Assembly: GCA_023819145.1 (NCBI GenBank)
Contig: JAMWCW010000004.1
Span: forward strand, 9,935 to 73,934
DNA: 64,000 nt
Reading direction: 5' to 3'
Source of the DNA: Candidatus Omnitrophota bacterium
GTDB taxonomy: Bacteria; Omnitrophota; Gorgyraeia; DTHP01
Part shown: positions 58,794 through 64,000 of the stretch, piece after piece
Numbering within the stretch: the first letter of the stretch is position 1
How the letters are laid out: the number at the start of each line of letters is the position of its first letter
Program-made: the position numbers and the translations under genes
The notes under the pieces: model-generated
Databases searched by the model: none
What the model saw: only the letters and a program-made list of their open reading frames with translations
Told to the model about the DNA's origin: nothing

Positions 58794-60054
58794 AAACATC
58801 TCCCTCTTGGAAAAAATTTCTCATAAAGAAAAAGTGTCTATAAGACTATTACAAGAAAAATTAAAGAAAGGAACAGTAGTTATTCCTTTTAATAATAAGA
58901 GAAAAATAGTTAATCCCTGTGCTATCGGAGAAGGAATGCGTGTAAAAGTAAACGTTAATCTTGGAAATTCTTGGGATAATAACGGAGTAAAAGAAGAAAT
59001 CAAGAAATTAGAAATATCTATAAAATACGAGGCGGATACCGTAATGGACCTCTCTACGGGAAAAAATATAAGAGAAATCAGAAAGGCAATTTTGGATAAT
59101 TCTACCATTCCTGTCGGCACGGTTCCTATTTATGAAGCAGCGATAAAGGCAATGAATGAAAAAGGTAATATCTCTTCGATGACAGCTCAAGGTATAATGC
59201 GCACAATAGAAGAACAGGCAAAAGACGGAGTGGATTTTTTTACCATTCATTGCGGATTAAATAAAAGAACTTTAGAAGTTTTCTCTAAACAGAAGAGGAT
59301 AATGGATATTGTAAGTAGAGGAGGGGCTATTTTATTGAATTGGATGATAGCTACAAAAAAAGATAATCCTCTTTATGAACATTTTGACGATATACTGGAC
59401 ATTGCCAAAAATTATGGTATAGTTTTAAGTTTGGGGGACTCTCTCCGTCCCGGCTCAATAATCGATGCTACAGACCGTGCACAAATAGCAGAACTAATTG
59501 TACTTGGCGAATTGACTCAAAAAGCAAGGGAGAAAGGAGTCCAAGTCATCATCGAAGGGCCAGGACACATGACTTTAGACCAAATAGAAACAAACATAGT
59601 TGCCGAAAAGAAACTTTGTCAGGGAGCACCTTTTTACGTATTAGGCCCATTAGTCACCGATGTCGCCTTGGGGTATGACCATATAGCAGGGGCAATAGGA
59701 GCAGCTTACGCTGCTTATTGTGGTGCAGACTTTTTATGTTACGTAACTCCTGCAGAGCATCTGAGTTTACCTACTACTGAAGATGTTAAAGAAGGTCTGA
59801 TTGCCTTCAAAATTGCCGCTCATGCCGGAGATCTTGCCAGAGGCAATAAAGAAGCTTACAAAAAAGACAAAAATATATCCGTAGCGAGAAGAAAAAGAGA
59901 CTGGAAACAACAATTCGAATTCTGTCTTGACCCCCAGAAAGCAAAAATTTATCACTATCAAGGTATTTCTAAAATCAAAAATGTTTGTTCAATGTGTAGT
60001 AAATTTTGTTCAATTAAATTAGTGGACAAATGTCTTAAATCTTTAATAAAATGA
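58780..60054 (+). CDS. thiC: Phosphomethylpyrimidine synthase ThiC (short anaerobe-type)
   Basis: 424 aa; ...DTVMDLSTGKNI...GTVPIYEA...FFTIHCGL...; C-terminal CxxCxxxxC-type cluster region (CSMCSKFC). Confidence 0.9.
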   Translation: MEIYKNISLLEKISHKEKVSIRLLQEKLKKGTVVIPFNNKRKIVNPCAIGEGMRVKVNVNLGNSWDNNGVKEEIKKLEISIKYEADTVMDLSTGKNIREIRKAILDNSTIPVGTVPIYEAAIKAMNEKGNISSMTAQGIMRTIEEQAKDGVDFFTIHCGLNKRTLEVFSKQKRIMDIVSRGGAILLNWMIATKKDNPLYEHFDDILDIAKNYGIVLSLGDSLRPGSIIDATDRAQIAELIVLGELTQKAREKGVQVIIEGPGHMTLDQIETNIVAEKKLCQGAPFYVLGPLVTDVALGYDHIAGAIGAAYAAYCGADFLCYVTPAEHLSLPTTEDVKEGLIAFKIAAHAGDLARGNKEAYKKDKNISVARRKRDWKQQFEFCLDPQKAKIYHYQGISKIKNVCSMCSKFCSIKLVDKCLKSLIK

Positions 60055-60088
60055 TAAAAATAATAAAATTTTCTAATTATTCTAATAT

Positions 60089-60159
60089 GCGGGTGTAATT
60101 CAATGGCAGAATGACAGCTTCCCAAGCTGTATATGGCGGTTCAATTCCGCTCACCCGCT
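60089..60159 (+). tRNA. tRNA-Gly (anticodon CCC)
   Basis: Cloverleaf: acceptor GCGGGTG/CACCCGC, D-arm, anticodon stem ACAGC/GCTGT with loop TTCCCAA (CCC), T-arm GGCGG-TTCAATT-CCGCT, discriminator T; no encoded CCA. Confidence 0.8.
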
Positions 60160-60168
60160 TTATCGAAA

Positions 60169-60837
60169 ATGCAAAAGCCAAGAAAGCAAATTTTGTATTT
60201 TGTATTCTGTATTTTAATTTCATGGGGGTGCGCAACTTCTCCTAAAAAAGAGACTAAAATTACTCCTGTTTGTCCGCAAGTAAAACCATTTAAAAAAGAA
60301 GGTGTATATCATCGAGTTAAGAGAGGAGAAACTCTTTGGAGAATTTCAAAATTGTATGGGGTGGAATTAGAGCAAATAGTAAAGGCAAATAACTTAAGTG
60401 ATGCTACAAAAATATACCAAGGACAATTAATTTTTGTTCCAACTTCTATTCAACATAACGAAATAAAAGAACATTCCAAAAAAGAATTTATCTGGCCTAT
60501 AAAAGGAAAAGTAATTTCTTTCTTCGGAACCAAAAGGGCGGACGGAACAGTAAATAGAGGAATTGACATTACCCCCGAAGAAAACCTTAATGTTGTAGCA
60601 ATTAGAAAAGGGAAAATAATCTTTTCTTCCGAGAGAATGAAGGGATTAGGAAAAACAATTATTATTGAACACGAAGACCAGATTCACAGCATATATGGAA
60701 ATAATTCATCAGTTTTTGTAAAACTTGGGCAAGAAGTCCAACAAGGAGAATTAATTGCAGAAGCGAAAAAAGATATTCTACATTTCGAAATACGTAAGGG
60801 ACATATACCTCAAAACCCTTTATATTTTCTACCTTAA
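60169..60837 (+). CDS. LysM domain-containing M23 family metallopeptidase (NlpD-like lipoprotein)
   Basis: Lipobox ISWGCA; LysM (YHRVKRGETLWRISKLYGVELEQIVKANNL); M23 motifs (GIDI..., HSIYGNNS, LHFEI); start at ATG 60169 because the ORF-track start 60133 would overlap the tRNA. Confidence 0.85.
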   Translation: MQKPRKQILYFVFCILISWGCATSPKKETKITPVCPQVKPFKKEGVYHRVKRGETLWRISKLYGVELEQIVKANNLSDATKIYQGQLIFVPTSIQHNEIKEHSKKEFIWPIKGKVISFFGTKRADGTVNRGIDITPEENLNVVAIRKGKIIFSSERMKGLGKTIIIEHEDQIHSIYGNNSSVFVKLGQEVQQGELIAEAKKDILHFEIRKGHIPQNPLYFLP

Positions 60838-61074
60838 ATGCCAATATTTGAATTCAAATGTAAAAATTGTGGTAATAAATTTGAAGAGTTGATAAAAATG
60901 ATGTATTTACTAGAAAGTATAACTTGTCCCCATTGTCAAAGCAAAAATCTAGAAAAAATTTTCTCGAAATTCTCTATCGTTCAGTGTGGTAGAGAATCAA
61001 ATAATGAAACATCCTCATCTACAAATAAATGTTCGGGATGTTCCGCAAGCTCGTGTGCCAGTTGTAATGTTTAA
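60838..61074 (+). CDS. FmdB family zinc ribbon protein
   Basis: 78 aa; MPIFEFKCKNCGNKFEEL...CPHCQS... and C-terminal Cys cluster. Confidence 0.75.
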   Translation: MPIFEFKCKNCGNKFEELIKMMYLLESITCPHCQSKNLEKIFSKFSIVQCGRESNNETSSSTNKCSGCSASSCASCNV

Positions 61075-61101
61075 TAAAACAACTCGGCTGTAAAAAAGCC
61101 T

Positions 61102-62748
61102 ATGTTTACTGATCCTGTTACGGGAAACAATTTTTATGACCGGGAAGAATATTTAGATATACTCCTCAAAAGAGCGAAAGGCTTAGAGAAAGGATACAGA
61201 CAAAACATCGCTCTATTAGGAGAAGAAACTATCGGAAAGACTTCACTTATTCTGCATTTCCTCTCTAAAATTAAAGAAGATAGCTTTCGCGTTCTGCCCT
61301 TCTATTTAGAAATAGACACAGAACTAACATTTGACTATTTCGTTAAAAGGCTTATTTCTATAATACTTTTTAATATCATTAAACTAAATCACAAGACTGC
61401 GCCCTCCCATAATATAGATGAGCTCCTTAAACATTCTGAAGATTTAATTCCCAAGACAATACAGGAAGTCAAAAAATGTTTAGTGCATCTAAAAAATAGC
61501 AAATTTTATGATGCCTATATCACCATCCTAACTGTGCCCCAATCGCTATCTCAAGAATTAGGTATACCTGTGATTGTAATAATTGAGGAGTTTCATAGAT
61601 TAGAAAGATTCACCATTCTGCATAATCCCTTTAATGAATTGGCAAAGACAATAATGGTATCCAAGGACACAATGTACATTGTAACAAGTTCCTCTACAAC
61701 CCATGCTAAAAAAATCCTCTCTAAAGAATTAACTCTCCTATTTGGAAACTTTGAAATAATTAAACTGGAACCATTTGATATAAAAACAAGTAATAATTTT
61801 TTAGAAAAGCGTTTAGAATCCATTAAATGTAGTGCATACTATAGAGATTTCATCTCGGAAATCACTGGTGGACAACCTTTATACTTAAATATAATCTCTG
61901 AAGAAACGAAAATAACCGCTATCGAGAAAAAATCTAATTTCATCACTGACGAAATCCTCATTGAAGCAATCACCAGAATTCTATTTGATTCTATGGGTAT
62001 ACTCAATCAGATATTTTCCCATCGAATAAAAGAAATCCCTACTAACCGCTCACCTCTATCTTATACTTCCATTCTAATCTCGTTGGCTCATAAATGTTAT
62101 AAAACAAGAAATTTGAAAGAATTTCTGGATACTAAATCAGAAAAAGAATTCATAAATCACCTCAATACTTTAATAGAAATGAATTATATTGACAAAAATG
62201 GAGTATTTTACTACCTCAACGATGAACTATTTAGAATATGGCTAACTGAAGTATATGAAAGTAAAAGGTCTTCTCTGGATGTAGGGCTGGAAGTTAAAAG
62301 AGAATGTTTTAAACGTTATCTGAGGGAAAAACTCAATTCTTTCTTAAAAAACAGGAGAAAGAGTATAGTAGAACGGCTTCATGAACTTTTCGAAAACTTT
62401 GGTAATGAAACTGTATACTTTGGCTCCCGTAAGATAAAATTACCTAATTTTGATAACATAGAGATTAAAAATGCCCATAGCCGTTTACCCATATTGACTG
62501 GCAAAACCCGAGATAAATCCTGGATATTCGTAGTAAGTAAAGGACACCTTAATAGAGACTTAATGGAAGAAATTGATTGCCAATGTAATAAACTAAAACT
62601 CAAAAAAGAACGCAAATTTGTTATAGCCCTGGATAGCGTTGATGAAGACGCTCGTCTTATAGCAAAAGAGACAAAATTTATAACCTTGGAAAACCGAGAT
62701 TTAGACAGAATATTAAAACTCTATGGCAAATATAGGATTTTCTATTAA
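61102..62748 (+). CDS. AAA-type ATPase of the Arch_ATPase (PF01637) family with a C-terminal DUF234-like domain
   Basis: 548 aa; FYDREEYLDILL...IALLGEETIGKTSLILHFL (Walker A), VIVIIEEFHRL (Walker B), C-terminal ...WIFVVSKGHL...EIDCQCNKL...FVIALDSVDEDA (DUF234-like). Confidence 0.55.
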   Translation: MFTDPVTGNNFYDREEYLDILLKRAKGLEKGYRQNIALLGEETIGKTSLILHFLSKIKEDSFRVLPFYLEIDTELTFDYFVKRLISIILFNIIKLNHKTAPSHNIDELLKHSEDLIPKTIQEVKKCLVHLKNSKFYDAYITILTVPQSLSQELGIPVIVIIEEFHRLERFTILHNPFNELAKTIMVSKDTMYIVTSSSTTHAKKILSKELTLLFGNFEIIKLEPFDIKTSNNFLEKRLESIKCSAYYRDFISEITGGQPLYLNIISEETKITAIEKKSNFITDEILIEAITRILFDSMGILNQIFSHRIKEIPTNRSPLSYTSILISLAHKCYKTRNLKEFLDTKSEKEFINHLNTLIEMNYIDKNGVFYYLNDELFRIWLTEVYESKRSSLDVGLEVKRECFKRYLREKLNSFLKNRRKSIVERLHELFENFGNETVYFGSRKIKLPNFDNIEIKNAHSRLPILTGKTRDKSWIFVVSKGHLNRDLMEEIDCQCNKLKLKKERKFVIALDSVDEDARLIAKETKFITLENRDLDRILKLYGKYRIFY

Positions 62749-63943
62749 CCAAGACTACGAAGATAAATTATTTGCTCCTTACGCGGTAAAGAGTAGAATG
62801 AGCCGTTTACGTAAATATCCTGAAGAGGAACATCCCTACAGAGGAATTTATCAACGTGATAGAGATCGCATAATACATTCTACGGCTTTTCGCCGCCTTG
62901 AATATAAAACTCAAGTTTTTGTAAATCATGAAGGAGACCACTACCGTACAAGATTAACCCATACCTTAGAAGTTGCTCAAATAGGCCGTTCCATTGCTAG
63001 GGCACTACGGTTGAACGAAGATTTAGTAGAAGCGATAGCCCTTGCTCACGATTTAGGACACACCCCTTTTGGCCACTCAGGTGAAGAAATTTTACATGTT
63101 ATAATGAGAGAACACGGAGGATTTGACCATAATCTGCAAGGATTAAGGGTAGTAGACTATTTGGAAGAACGCTATCCTAATTTTAGAGGCCTAAATCTAA
63201 CTTGGGAAGTAAGAGAAGGAATTCTAAAACATACTACTCGTTTTGACTACGCAGGGAAAATAAATGCTACTGAGAACATAAAAAAAACCAACATACCCTC
63301 GCATTATGCAGGCATAGATTTAACAGATTTAGAACCAGCAATGCCTCCATCACTAGAAGCACAAATAGTTGATATAGCCGACGAAATTGCATATGATAAT
63401 CACGATTTGGATGACGGTTTAAATTCAAGGCTTTTGGATATAAAAGAAATACAAAAAATAGAACTATGGGAAAGAGCAAATAAGTTAATAAAAGAAAGAA
63501 ATCCTAATTTAGAAAGTAAAATAGAAAAAATACAAACCATAAGAAATATAATTGATTTACAGGTAAGTGATGTAATCAAGAATTCGGATAAGATAATCAA
63601 AGAAATAAATATAAAAACCTTGGCTGATGTAAGAAGTCGTTCTCAACGGATTATAGGTTTTAGTAAAGATATGGAATTAGCACGTCAACCTATGCGAGAT
63701 TATTTAATGAAAAATCTCTATAACCATTATCGTGTAATCCGTATGGCAGAAAAAGCGAGAAGATTTATTGAGGAACTTTTTAATGTATATATAAAAAGAA
63801 TGGAACAACTCCCTCCTACCAGTAGGAAGCGTCTCGCTACTGAAGACCCCTATAGAGTAGTTTGTGACTATATCGCGGGAATGACCGACCGTTATGCCCT
63901 AGAAGAATACAAAAAATTATTTGACCCCTTCGAGAAAGTATAA
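62723..63943 (+). CDS. dgt: Deoxyguanosinetriphosphate triphosphohydrolase-like protein (HD domain)
   Basis: 406 aa; ...RDRDRIIHSTAFRRLEYKTQVF...HYRTRLTHTLEVAQIGRSIA...LAHDLGHTPFGHSGE... HD motifs of the Dgt family; overlaps the upstream ATPase gene by 26 bp. Confidence 0.85.
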   Translation: MANIGFSINQDYEDKLFAPYAVKSRMSRLRKYPEEEHPYRGIYQRDRDRIIHSTAFRRLEYKTQVFVNHEGDHYRTRLTHTLEVAQIGRSIARALRLNEDLVEAIALAHDLGHTPFGHSGEEILHVIMREHGGFDHNLQGLRVVDYLEERYPNFRGLNLTWEVREGILKHTTRFDYAGKINATENIKKTNIPSHYAGIDLTDLEPAMPPSLEAQIVDIADEIAYDNHDLDDGLNSRLLDIKEIQKIELWERANKLIKERNPNLESKIEKIQTIRNIIDLQVSDVIKNSDKIIKEINIKTLADVRSRSQRIIGFSKDMELARQPMRDYLMKNLYNHYRVIRMAEKARRFIEELFNVYIKRMEQLPPTSRKRLATEDPYRVVCDYIAGMTDRYALEEYKKLFDPFEKV

Positions 63944-64000
63944 CTGTTTTCTCGCTTGAAAAATAAAAAAAACTCTGTTAGAATAGTTTAGATACATAAT

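Noticed and set aside
58700-58800. TPP riboswitch upstream of thiC
   Set aside because: thiC overlaps thiE by 14 bp, so there is no leader; no CUGAGA / TPP-box-like sequence was seen in the short upstream regions of the thi genes.
60133-60168. Start of the LysM/M23 peptidase at 60133
   Set aside because: It would overlap the tRNA-Gly gene (60089-60159); ATG 60169 yields a proper lipoprotein signal peptide.
1-64000. Mobile elements (IS, integrase, prophage)
   Set aside because: No transposase, integrase, recombinase or phage structural homologs were recognised, and no terminal inverted repeats flanking a gene were seen; the region appears to be core chromosome.
63944-64000. Intrinsic terminator after dgt
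   Set aside because: The sequence is A-rich and lacks a convincing GC-rich hairpin followed by a T-run.

Overview
This window is an AT-rich (~35% GC) bacterial chromosomal segment that is densely coding and mostly housekeeping. It looks diderm (TolC, LptF/G and a PilQ secretin are present). Archaeal-type sugar enzymes (GH57, bifunctional PGI/PMI, a PPi-type PFK signature) suggest a deep-branching or candidate-phylum lineage; I cannot place it more precisely from sequence alone.

From left to right the window holds:
- the Era 5' end;
- a MarR-TolC-MFP-RND operon, translationally coupled to a PII-like protein, a lone short ChrA and a CDF transporter;
- a sugar/PTS cluster: yvcK-GH57-ptsH-ptsI-PGI/PMI-NDP-sugar transferase;
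- metK-ahcY;
- a comF-lptG-lptF unit on the minus strand;
- rmuC, rluA, a PEBP protein and a frameshifted uppP;
- pilMNOPQ, an IMPDH-family gene and dnaE;
- the rod-shape cluster mreBCD-mrdA-rodA with a TIGR03960-like radical SAM gene;
- pilT, a BatD-like protein and an M29 aminopeptidase;
- an AT-rich intergenic region holding two tandem structured repeats;
- a peptidoglycan-binding lipoprotein;
- an unusual CxxCxxCC-DUF2156 (MprF-synthase-like) fusion gene on the minus strand;
- rlmN;
- a tandem M16 peptidase split by a frameshift in an (AG)n run;
- a Memo-like orphan, DUF1844, an MprF-TM-like protein and a small Trm112 ORF;
- aroQ-pepP-efp-accB-accC;
- asp23/amaP;
- an overlapping pfk-gmhA-hldE(II)-thiX-thiE-thiC operon;
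- tRNA-Gly(CCC);
- a LysM/M23 peptidase and an FmdB zinc ribbon protein;
- an Arch_ATPase/DUF234 ATPase overlapping a dGTPase.

I found no transposase, integrase, CRISPR array or rRNA. The most interesting items are the CxxCxxCC-DUF2156 fusion, the paired structured intergenic repeats with compensatory stem changes, the two single-gene frameshifts (uppP, M16), the PII-like protein in the efflux operon, and the ATPase-dGTPase pair next to the tRNA.
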